Shown here one piece after another: positions 38,395-47,383 of a stretch of 64,000 bases of DNA; the first letter of the stretch is position 1; each line of letters starts with the position of its first letter. This stretch comes from Candidatus Bathyarchaeota archaeon (GTDB taxonomy: Archaea; Thermoproteota; Bathyarchaeia; Bathyarchaeales; Bathycorpusculaceae). Where the stretch lies: assembly GCA_963733095.1 (NCBI GenBank), contig CAVTBV010000012.1, forward strand, positions 446,279-510,278, written 5' to 3'. The notes under the pieces were generated by a model. It saw only the letters and a list, made by a program, of their open reading frames with translations. It was not told the origin of the DNA and ran no database searches. The translations under genes and the position numbers were made by a program.

Positions 38395-40281
38395 TTATGC
38401 GCCCTCTTTAATTGCTTTCTCAGCAATATACGCAAAGTCACCAAGACCTAACGCTTTGAGCTTCTCAGTTGTAGGCACTCCGTCGACATTCCAACCTCTA
38501 ACAGAGTAATAATCGTCCAAACCAAGTTGAAATTCTTCCTCGCCAACATACATACCCTTAGCAGGTCCCTCATCAGGCACTGGAAAATTCATTATCTTCC
38601 AAGGCAAGGTATCGAATTTACGTGTGCCTTTACCTTCACGAATGTTGAAAAGCCTTGCAAGGTTCTCTATACGCTCACCGCTTTTTGTCATTTCTTCCGG
38701 AGTCAAAGATAAGCCTGTGGCTAATGTGTAATAGTTTGCCAAATCCTTCCACCCATCGTAGTATGTGCCTCTGCTAAACTTGCAAACGATAAGTGAGTCA
38801 ATGATGTTGTACATGTTTCCTTCGTCCGCAATCATTTTGCCCCTGCCTTTCTCAATCTTAAAACGGTTAACTTTACCTTTAACATCAGGCGAATAAGCAC
38901 CGTTGCGCAGGTGGCAGGCACCACGGAACGAAACACTAAAGCCAAGTGCAGCAGTCTTCAACGTGCGTAAGTCATAGCCTGGTAATTCTAAGCCTTTAAT
39001 ATGGCAAGCGTACTTGTAAGCGTCACCGCCGATCAATTCAGCTGCTTTCGCAACTCCTTCAGCAAGGATGTTACCAAGCCAACCTTCCCGTTTGCCAATC
39101 TTATGGATTACAGCGATTAATGCTTCAGCATTTCCAAAACGAAGGTCAATACCATCAGTTTGCTCCTTTGTAATTATGCCATGCTCATAAAGATCCATTG
39201 CAAATGCAACGACGACACCGATTGAGATGCCGTCCATGCCGTACTCGTTAACTATTCGCATAGCTTCAATGATAGCGTCTAATCGGTCAATACCGCATAA
39301 TGGTCCCATGCTCCAGAGACACTCGAACTCCAATCGTGAAGTTGAACCCTTGTAAGGTCCTTCTGGAACAACTGCAATGTGGTCACACCGCATACCGCAA
39401 GTTGCACAGCCAATAATTTTCTTCACATAATGCTCGTTTAAGTTTTCACCACTGACTTTGTCTGCTCCCTCAAAACGGGAATTAGTAAAGTTTCTTGTAG
39501 CTAACGCAAAAAGAGAATTAAGAACAAGAACATTCTCGGGGGTCCCCAAAGTTTTGTATTTCTTGGTTGCTGGGCCCTCCATGCGTTCAAAAATCATTTT
39601 GATAAATTCTTTGAACCCTTCAAGATTTGCGACGTTAACGTCGTGTGTTCCCCGGACAGCAACTGCCTTAAGGTTTTTGGATCCCATGACTGCGCCCATA
39701 CCGCTTCTTCCAATAGCACGAAACTCGTCATTTATGATTGCTGCAAACCTGCAAAGTTTTTCGCCAGCTTCACCGATAGCAGAAACTCTAATGTAAAAGT
39801 CGCCTAGTTCATCTCGGATCTTATTATCAGTATCGTTAACTGTTGCGCCTTTCAAGTACTCAGCATCTCTAATCTCAACTTTGTCGTCGTCTATCCAAAC
39901 GTAAGATAATTTTGGTGCTTTACCCTTGATGATAACTGCGTCGTACCCTGCACGTTTAAGGTCAGGACCGAAAAAGCCATGTGCTTTGCCTTCGCCAACT
40001 CCTCCAGTAGCAGGTGACTTTGAAACGACAGCGTACCCGTTTCCAGCTGTTGGACCCATAGTACCGCTGAGTGGACCAGCGCAGTAAATCAATGGAGTAT
40101 CTGGGTCAAAAGAGTCTGTGTCTGGTTTTGAATTGCCCATGAGCAGGCGGATGCCTAATCCTATTCCGCCGATGTACTGTTTAGCCAAATCTTCACTTAA
40201 TGGCTCTGTTTTTGTTTCTCTAGTTGCGAGGTTAACGTGTAAGATTTTTCCTGCATAAGAAAACACGCTTTTTCCCTTCAA
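38395..40281 (-). CDS. aor: tungsten-dependent aldehyde:ferredoxin oxidoreductase family
   Basis: KSPATG, GRSGMGAVMGSKNLKA, CATCGMRC, EFE, DGIS, RGACH and DSLIVCKF. Confidence 0.92.
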   Translation of the reverse strand: MKGKSVFSYAGKILHVNLATRETKTEPLSEDLAKQYIGGIGLGIRLLMGNSKPDTDSFDPDTPLIYCAGPLSGTMGPTAGNGYAVVSKSPATGGVGEGKAHGFFGPDLKRAGYDAVIIKGKAPKLSYVWIDDDKVEIRDAEYLKGATVNDTDNKIRDELGDFYIRVSAIGEAGEKLCRFAAIINDEFRAIGRSGMGAVMGSKNLKAVAVRGTHDVNVANLEGFKEFIKMIFERMEGPATKKYKTLGTPENVLVLNSLFALATRNFTNSRFEGADKVSGENLNEHYVKKIIGCATCGMRCDHIAVVPEGPYKGSTSRLEFECLWSMGPLCGIDRLDAIIEAMRIVNEYGMDGISIGVVVAFAMDLYEHGIITKEQTDGIDLRFGNAEALIAVIHKIGKREGWLGNILAEGVAKAAELIGGDAYKYACHIKGLELPGYDLRTLKTAALGFSVSFRGACHLRNGAYSPDVKGKVNRFKIEKGRGKMIADEGNMYNIIDSLIVCKFSRGTYYDGWKDLANYYTLATGLSLTPEEMTKSGERIENLARLFNIREGKGTRKFDTLPWKIMNFPVPDEGPAKGMYVGEEEFQLGLDDYYSVRGWNVDGVPTTEKLKALGLGDFAYIAEKAIKEGA

Positions 40282-40404
40282 TTAATACTATTCAACCGAA
40301 TACTATTAACTTAATGGATTATTCATTAAAAAAACATATTTAACTTCGGCATATTTTTCAATACCCAGCTCAAATAAATAACCATCCAAGTAATCTTCAA
40401 AATA

Positions 40405-40535
40405 GTCATTCAGATATTAGAAAAAGAGGTTAAAAGATCGCAAAAAGTGTTCGAGCGAATGTGTAATGGATTCAACCTCACTATTAAGCAAGTGCAACTA
40501 TCTGAATGCTGCACAAGCTTGAGCTATTCTATTGA
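40405..40535 (+). pseudogene. 3' remnant paralogous to 20439-20927
   Basis: gcaaaaagtgttcgagcgaatgtgtaatggattcaacc.. aligns with gcaaaaggcgttagagcagatgtgcaacgggttcaatc..; bounds approximate. Confidence 0.65.
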
Positions 40536-40813
40536 TGCTCTCTTTATAAAACAAACCTGAGCACAAAAGTAGCATAGCCGTAATCGTAACCGCTGATTAG
40601 AGAGATGTCGCGACCATATAAGAACAAGCAGATAACACGAATTTTTACTGCATACTCAACAAATTAAATTTTGCTTTGAACTTGAAGGAAGTCAATAAAC
40701 ACGTTCAAATTGTGCAAACTCGATATTTTTAATTTAGCAAGTTGCGAAACATCAATATGGTTATCTGACAATCTTTTCTTAATTGCGACTCGAAAGTTGG
40801 TAGGTTGAGATTG

Positions 40814-41503
40814 ATGATCTGCAAGTTGTTTATTTTTAGGCATGCTGAAACATTTGACAACAAACGCGGGTTATTCTCGGGTTGGCGTGATTCAGGACTT
40901 ACTTTGAAGGGGCTTTCGCAGGCACAGGAAATCGCTGAACAACTCAAGCGATACCAAATTGATTATGCCTTTACCTCACATTTGAAGCGAGCCAGAAGAA
41001 CCCTTGAAATTGTGCTCCAAAGTCACCCCTCGGCTCCAGTTTTCGTCGACGATCGACTCATTGAACGTTGCTACGGCTTGCTTCAAGGCAAAGACAAGAA
41101 AAAAATAGAAAAAGAAAATCCAGACTATTATGCTCAGATTCACCGAGGCTATGGTTTAGCTCCCCCGGAGGGAGAGAGTTTGAAAATGGTTGAAAAACGG
41201 GTAAGTTCATTTCTGGAAGAACTCACAGAGTGGCTGAAGCAAAACCCGGGCAACGTGGCTATTTCTTGCCATAATAATTCAGTTCGTCCTTTTAGGAGGA
41301 TTTTTGAAAACCTGAGTATATCCCAGATGTGCAAGCTTGAGAGTCCACAGGATCGGTCATCGGTTTGCAACCTTGAATTAGGTAATTGGAGTATGGTTTG
41401 CCCAAAACAAAAAGCGTTAAAAGAATATTGGAAAGGCGTGTTAATTTCGAAACGCATAAAACTTGCAACAGACTCTCATAACCCATTAAAGAAATATTAT
41501 TAG
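40814..41503 (+). CDS. histidine phosphatase / 2,3-BPG-dependent phosphoglycerate mutase-like (intact copy 2)
   Basis: FRHAET, FSGWRD, FTSHLKRA, LIERCYG, PPEGESL and SCHNNS. Confidence 0.88.
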   Translation: MICKLFIFRHAETFDNKRGLFSGWRDSGLTLKGLSQAQEIAEQLKRYQIDYAFTSHLKRARRTLEIVLQSHPSAPVFVDDRLIERCYGLLQGKDKKKIEKENPDYYAQIHRGYGLAPPEGESLKMVEKRVSSFLEELTEWLKQNPGNVAISCHNNSVRPFRRIFENLSISQMCKLESPQDRSSVCNLELGNWSMVCPKQKALKEYWKGVLISKRIKLATDSHNPLKKYY

Positions 41504-41695
41504 TTTCAAGCAAAATAAATTAAAAAGATTTTACAGATCGAACTTGCTCTTCCCCCAAAAAAACCAGTCAAGCAAATAAACTTCTCTATCATGACCACCG
41601 ATGAAACAGAGTGATTTTTTAGTTTTTCTCTGTTTCTCCCCAAAAATCCATGGCAAAGCTAGTTAGTTCCCAGTGCAGTCTCTTTTTTCTGTGAT

Positions 41696-41890
41696 ATGCC
41701 TCTTAAGCTTGGGAACATCCGTGAAAAGTCTTTTAGGAATATTTGGTTCAACTTGGAGGTCTTTAAGGTTTTGCGTGACTTCGACCAGCTGAAATTGAAA
41801 TGTGGATTATGCGAATATCGTGATGTATCCGGGGGATGTCGTGCTCGGCAAGGTAAGCATGACTTCAGTATCACCTCAAACTACTCTTAG
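41696..41890 (+). pseudogene. isolated SPASM-domain fragment
   Basis: MPLKLGNIREKSFRNIW..KCGLCEYRDVSGGCRAR with no radical SAM core. Confidence 0.7.
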
Positions 41891-42107
41891 CCTTAACCAA
41901 CATAGATTTTCGGTCTTTTGGCTGAATGGATAAAATCAGGTTAACTGAGGAGTCTATTTTTTTGTTCAATTCATTCAGAACATGCAAGTATGTAGTTTTG
42001 TAGCTAAGCGCTTAAGTTGAGACGCGCAGTTTTATCATTGTTGTAGTTTACCTGCACCAACATAAGCTTAATGCTAAGTCAAGCTCTTTGGTGTTCAGGT
42101 AATTTTT

Positions 42108-42590
42108 ATGGGAAAAAAAGGTCGATCGATAGTTGAAGTCGATATAAACAAACTTCTTGAGTTGTTAAACAAGGCATATGCTGACGAGTGGATTGCGTAC
42201 TACGCTTACAAATGGGCTGCAAAAGTCGCTAGCGGAATCATTTCGCCCCATGTATCGCAACTAGCTGGCAAAATTGCTGATGAAGAAAAAGAACACGCTG
42301 ACGAGTTAGCAGAGCGCATTCTAGAGTTAGGCGGAACTTTGCCATTTGGAATCGAGAAATTATATGACATGGCAAATTGCAAGGCGGTTAACTATCCGAA
42401 GGATATGAAAGATCTCAAAGGAATCCTGGAAGCTCTCGTGGAGGCTGAAGGCTGCGCCATAGACGTCTACAATAAAATAGTGAAATTTCTAGGCCCCTGC
42501 TATAACACAGATGTCAAAACCTTCCACCTAATCCACCATATCCTAGGCGAAGAAATAAAACATGAAGAAGAATTCACAAACCTTCTCTAA
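42108..42590 (+). CDS. Dps-like (DPSL)/ferritin-like protein
   Basis: LNKAYADEWIAYY, EEKEHADELAERILELGG, EGCAI and EEIKHEE. Confidence 0.88.
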   Translation: MGKKGRSIVEVDINKLLELLNKAYADEWIAYYAYKWAAKVASGIISPHVSQLAGKIADEEKEHADELAERILELGGTLPFGIEKLYDMANCKAVNYPKDMKDLKGILEALVEAEGCAIDVYNKIVKFLGPCYNTDVKTFHLIHHILGEEIKHEEEFTNLL

Positions 42591-42716
42591 GTGAATCTAA
42601 ATCGACGAATAAAACAACTTCATCCATGGTTCCCTCTTTTTGTAATACGCACAGGGTTGAATAAGAGAAGGGTGTTCAAGAAAAATCCGTAGCGCGCTTG
42701 ATAGGAGAGATAAGAA

Positions 42717-42827
42717 ATGGCCACAAAAATGATAACTATAGATCCGATCGCTCGTTTGGAGAGTCATGGAATGGGAACAGGAAGCGTGGAGAAAAGTGGA
42801 GCGAATAAACAAATTGAACCGAGTTGA
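42717..42827 (+). pseudogene. N-terminal remnant of a [NiFe]-hydrogenase large subunit
   Basis: MATKMITIDPIARLESHG matches the IDPxxRxEGH start of large subunits; then unrelated sequence and a stop. Confidence 0.55.
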
Positions 42828-42880
42828 ACTAAACAAACTTAGAACATCTTTTGGGTTTAGCAGAATTGGAGGTGAGGCAA

Positions 42881-43260
42881 TTAGACAGATAGAGTAGTAA
42901 TTCCTACGGAAAATCAGAGTGGTTTGGACGCTCGTTTAGCTGAGCATTTTGGAAGAGCCCCCTACTATGCAGTTGTTGACTTTGACGAAAAAGGTGAAGT
43001 TACAGAAGTTAAGACTTCCAAATGTTAGCGAGCACTCTGGTGGAACTGGGTATGCACATGATCAAATTTTGGTGGAGTTGAAGCCAAACGCAATCATGCA
43101 AGTGGCAGGCGCAAACTGGCTTATGATTGGACCAGCAGAACAAGCTGAATGGGTATTCCCAGCAGTCGCAGTCACAGACACATACATCGCATCAGCAGCA
43201 GGCGACCTTGGAACAAGACCCCTCGAAGAATCTCATCCAATCTACAAAGCCTTCCTTTAA
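42881..43260 (+). pseudogene. NifB/NifX fragment fused to an MtrH-like C-terminus
   Basis: DRVVIPTENQSGLDARLAEHFGRAPYY (frameshifted, start damaged), then GANWLMIGPAEQAEWVFPAVAVTD..LGTRP..HPIYKAF. Confidence 0.68.
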
Positions 43261-43448
43261 ATTGCAAAGCATCACCCTCTTTTAGTTCTGTCTGAACACG
43301 ATAAATTAGGACATCAACATCTCGAATTCAATTGTGCGGATAGTTCCTTGAGAAGCTCCGAACCAAAAAACCAGCAACCCTGAATACCGTCAAATGAACC
43401 CATATGTTCCAAGCAGACTTCAAAACATTAACTTACTCAACCCTTTTT

Positions 43449-43494
43449 GTTTGTTTTCCCAACGAAAACTATTAATATAGTTTAGTATATAAAC
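43449..43494 (+). promoter_or_regulatory. paired operator, site 6 (nifX-osmC-flavodoxin operon)
   Basis: GTTTGTTTTCCCAAC, TATTAATA, GTTTAGTATATAAAC; boxes 31 bp apart. Confidence 0.72.
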
Positions 43495-43539
43495 TATAAA
43501 TCAAACATATTCGTAAAAGGAAAAAATGAGGTAAAAAGA

Positions 43540-43920
43540 ATGACAAAAAGAATAGTAATTCCAACTGAAGATAAGTCCGGTTTAGAGGCACATTTAGCTC
43601 AACATTTCGGAAGAGCTCCATACTACACAATTGTAGAATTGGATGAGAAAAACAACAACCTGGGGATAAGAACAGAAGTGAACAAAGGCGAACACGTTGG
43701 GGGCACTGGACATCCGCATGAACATCTCTTAGCCTTAAAGCCGAACATTTTTGTGGTGCATGGCATGGGACCCGGATGCTTAAGCAGCCTTCAAGACGCA
43801 GGCATAAATGTCCTCAAGGCCACTGGAACGACTGTAAAACAAATAGTTGAGAGCTTCAAAGAGGGCAAATTAAACTCCTTAGAAGGTGCTTGTGAACATG
43901 CACACCACCATGAGCATTAG
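43540..43920 (+). CDS. NifB/NifX-family protein with His-rich tail
   Basis: QHFGRAPYY and GMGPG; ends CEHAHHHEH. Confidence 0.88.
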   Translation: MTKRIVIPTEDKSGLEAHLAQHFGRAPYYTIVELDEKNNNLGIRTEVNKGEHVGGTGHPHEHLLALKPNIFVVHGMGPGCLSSLQDAGINVLKATGTTVKQIVESFKEGKLNSLEGACEHAHHHEH

Positions 43921-43967
43921 CCATAAATCTTAAGCCAAGCATAGAGAAAGAATATAGGGGAAAAGAT

Positions 43968-44384
43968 ATGCCAAAAGTAAAAGCAAAAGCAACTTGGGTT
44001 GAAAATGTCCGGTCAATAGCAGATAACCAAAGGACACATAGCGTTGTATGTGACCTAGCCACACCAGCCGGCGGAACAGATAGCGGACCCACAGCACTCG
44101 AGCTCAGCCTTATGGCTTTAGCAGATTGCGGAGTCACTATTTTCGCTGACGTATGCAAAAAAAGCGACATAATACTAAGCAAAGTTGAAGTGACTGTTGA
44201 AGCGGATAAATCTCCAGATTCGCCAATGATAAGTGGCGTAACGATGAAAGTCAACGTTATCTCTAAAGCACGAAAAGAGCTTGTGGAAGCTGCTTGGAGA
44301 AGAACTGAAGCAAACTGTCCAGTACTGTTTATTTTCAAAGAGCCAACACCCGTCAAGGTTGAGTTTGAAGGAAAAATCGAATAA
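43968..44384 (+). CDS. OsmC-family protein
   Basis: GGTDSGPTALEL..LADC..NCPV. Confidence 0.85.
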   Translation: MPKVKAKATWVENVRSIADNQRTHSVVCDLATPAGGTDSGPTALELSLMALADCGVTIFADVCKKSDIILSKVEVTVEADKSPDSPMISGVTMKVNVISKARKELVEAAWRRTEANCPVLFIFKEPTPVKVEFEGKIE

Positions 44385-44418
44385 TCCAGCTGAATAAGTC
44401 AGCTATCGAGCATGAAAA

Positions 44419-44955
44419 ATGAAAAGAGCATTAATAGTCTACTGGTCAAAAACAGGTAACACTGAAAAAGTAGCTAAAGCCATAAAACAAGGCTTGGAAA
44501 CAAAGGATATACAAGTTAACCTACAGAAGGCTGAAGAAGCGGAAAAAATTGACTATTTCGACTATGACCTTGTTTGCATTGGTTCACCATCTTACTCGTG
44601 GCATCCACCAGAGCCGATGACAAATTTTCTAAAGAAAAAGTTTGCTGAATACCGTCAACAGGGCAAAATTAAACCTTCATCCCCAAAAGTTCCAGGTAAG
44701 AAAGCTCTGGTTTTTGTCACTTATTCTGGACCGCACACAGGAATTGACGAAGCTACGCCAGTGGGCAAGGATATACGGCAGTACTTCGAGCATATAGGCT
44801 TTAGCGTCATCGACGAATGGTACATCCTAAGCGAATTTCATGGCTCATTAGAAAATAGCACAAAAGGCAGAATGGGTGACGTAAGAGGAAAACCCACCGC
44901 TGAAGAACTACAAAAGATCATGCAGGACTCAAAGCAGTTAGCTATTTTTCTTTAA
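44419..44955 (+). CDS. flavodoxin-domain protein
   Basis: YWSKTGNTEKVA, IGSPSY and FVTYSG. Confidence 0.88.
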   Translation: MKRALIVYWSKTGNTEKVAKAIKQGLETKDIQVNLQKAEEAEKIDYFDYDLVCIGSPSYSWHPPEPMTNFLKKKFAEYRQQGKIKPSSPKVPGKKALVFVTYSGPHTGIDEATPVGKDIRQYFEHIGFSVIDEWYILSEFHGSLENSTKGRMGDVRGKPTAEELQKIMQDSKQLAIFL

Positions 44956-45574
44956 TTTTTTTTATCAAGATTGAAGTATAACAGATATAATCACACTTTG
45001 GCGAAGTCTATAAATTTCTCTTATAAGTTTCGGCACTCGTGACGAACTCAGCTAATAAAATGATTTTAAAACCAAACTTCCTGCCAATCAGTTGCGCCTC
45101 TTTCTTTATGAACAGCAAGTACGTGAAGCGAAGTTCTGCGCAAAGAAAACGCAATTGGCAGCTCACAAGAATAGGCACACAATGACGTTTGCTGGAGCAC
45201 CGCGTTAACTGTTTATGCAGCGGTCCCCAAAACTGTTCCAGCGTTATATCTAGATAAAAAAAGTTATCAAGCGTATAACCACCACTGAAAACCCAACCCT
45301 AACCCAAAATGCATTAACATCTGCAACCCAAAAAACTAACATATCGTCATGCACAATAGTGAGAAATAACCAGTCAACTCACTTCTTTAAGCACCCAAAT
45401 ACACAAGCTAACACAGAAACACAACTCAAACCACAACCAGAGAAATATTGTCTATAAAACCAGTCACTTCCACACAAAAACAAAACTAACATTTTACTTA
45501 CACAACCAAAAAACACCAAGCTTTATTTCCCGAAAACCATCTAAACCTAGTAATAACTTGGTTGGACTCTTGAA

Positions 45575-46432
45575 ATGTCGGATGCTCAAGCAGAAAAAAC
45601 ACAAAACTACAAAGCCCAAGACGAAGCAAATGTAGAGCAACAGTTTTTGGAGGGTAAGAAAGATGAAGACCTTGGGGTCTACTGTGATTTGTTTTCAGCC
45701 AAAAGCAAAATCGAGGGGCAGGATGGCGGTGTGGTTTCGGCGTTGTTGATTAAGGGTTTTGAGGAAGGCCTGTTTGATGCGGCCATAGTTGTTCGCCGTG
45801 GGGAAGGTTACAGCGCAGAAGCGGTAGTGGCTACTAACCCAACCGAAGTGTTGTCGGCAAAAGGGACCAAATACCTCAAGATAAACGTCACAAAAAAACT
45901 TCGCGAACTCATAAGCCAAGGAAAAAAAAGAATAGCCATCGTTTGCACCCCATGCGAAGCTAAAGCAGCAAGAAAAATACAGCAAACTCTCAAGGGAGTA
46001 TGCGAGATCACGATTATTGGGTTATTCTGTTTTGAAGCCTTTAACAGCGCTAAAATAAGAGAGGAAATAAAGAATCGGTTGGGAGTAGATTTGGATAGAG
46101 CCCAGAAAACCCAAGTTAGTCAAGGAAAATTCACGGCGTTTGTCGATGGAAAAGAGTACAGTTGCAAGGTAAAAGACTTAGATTGTGCCGCTGAAAAAGT
46201 GTGCCATTACTGCAACGACTTCACAGCACAGTTCGCTGACATCTCTGTGGGTTCCGTGGGTAGCCAGAGGGGTTACTCAACGGTAATAGTTAGGTCAGAG
46301 GCAGGGGAAAAACTGGCAAAAAACCTAGATGTCGCCAAGGTAGCAACTGAGAGCGAAGAAATCGTTAGATTATCAAAACTTAAGCGGAAACGCGCCGAAA
46401 AAAGCCTAGCAGCAACAAACAAAACAAAATAG
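45575..46432 (+). CDS. F420 hydrogenase/dehydrogenase beta subunit (FrhB-like)
   Basis: QDGGVVSALL, GTKY, TPCE, GLFCFEAF, CHYCNDF and ADISVGSVGS. Confidence 0.88.
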   Translation: MSDAQAEKTQNYKAQDEANVEQQFLEGKKDEDLGVYCDLFSAKSKIEGQDGGVVSALLIKGFEEGLFDAAIVVRRGEGYSAEAVVATNPTEVLSAKGTKYLKINVTKKLRELISQGKKRIAIVCTPCEAKAARKIQQTLKGVCEITIIGLFCFEAFNSAKIREEIKNRLGVDLDRAQKTQVSQGKFTAFVDGKEYSCKVKDLDCAAEKVCHYCNDFTAQFADISVGSVGSQRGYSTVIVRSEAGEKLAKNLDVAKVATESEEIVRLSKLKRKRAEKSLAATNKTK

Positions 46433-46518
46433 CACCTGTTTTCCAGACGACTCCCGACATATGCAAAAGCCTTTTAAACCCCAAACTCCTCACCTCTTTC
46501 ACCTGAGATGAAATCTCC

Positions 46519-47244
46519 ATGAAAATACTAAATGAATTTGTGCCAACACGTAAATTCTTAAAGCTTGCCGACGAACTCAAAGACCTAGTCGATGGATGGA
46601 ACGTCACTGACAGCGCAGCAGGTTTCCCAGCACCAAGCGGCGTAGTTGTAAGCTGTTTACTCAAGTATAAGTACCCAGAAAAATATGTCTGTCCAATCTT
46701 CATTCTACACTATAAAGGCCCAGTTGAAGTAGGCGGATTAGCTTTAGCATCTGACATAATCGGATTAGACGGCTTGGCAGTAACCATGGGCGATAAACCC
46801 AAGTTTGGCGAACCCATAAAGATGCTGCCCTCATCCGAAGCTGCTAGAGACTTTATACGTACCAACTTGAAGACCAAGAACCTCAAACTCGGCTGCCTAT
46901 TGACCGCAAGACGCTCAATCGAAGAAACACTTGAACGAGTACGCGAGCCATGGGATTTCGTGTACTTCATGCGACTACAGGACTCATCGTTCGATGCACT
47001 CAAAGCAGTATCTGCAGAATGCAAGAAACTAAACAAGCCACTCTTCGCATACTTCCTAGTTGGAACAGACAAAAACGTTGAAACCGTCAAAATGATTGGG
47101 TGGCCAACCGCTGCAACCATGGATACAGTTGAAGAGAAAGCATCGCAACTTGTCGGGTTAGTCGACGGCATAATCGCAACATGTGCTGGTGACGCTGAAG
47201 GCGACAAACTGATGCTGCAGAAACTGCAGAAATTCCGAAGTTAA
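46519..47244 (+). CDS. short methylenetetrahydrofolate-reductase-like flavoprotein
   Basis: EFVP, NVTDSAAG and LAVTMGDKP resemble the MTHFR barrel N-terminus; divergent. Confidence 0.55.
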   Translation: MKILNEFVPTRKFLKLADELKDLVDGWNVTDSAAGFPAPSGVVVSCLLKYKYPEKYVCPIFILHYKGPVEVGGLALASDIIGLDGLAVTMGDKPKFGEPIKMLPSSEAARDFIRTNLKTKNLKLGCLLTARRSIEETLERVREPWDFVYFMRLQDSSFDALKAVSAECKKLNKPLFAYFLVGTDKNVETVKMIGWPTAATMDTVEEKASQLVGLVDGIIATCAGDAEGDKLMLQKLQKFRS

Positions 47245-47383
47245 ACAGCTAAATCAACGAGAACTTTACAGTCTCCAAATAGTTCAAACCTACCTAATCT
47301 TTTCATTTTTTTGTTTCTAAAAATTTTCCGAGATAAATTTAAGTTCTACTCTTAATAGCCTCCTCTAAGAAGAGGAAAAAAGC

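Noticed and set aside
17400-45000. Frameshifts as general sequencing error
   Set aside because: Long core genes (cdhA, argS, aor) are intact, while lesions cluster in particular genes together with nonsense and missense decay.
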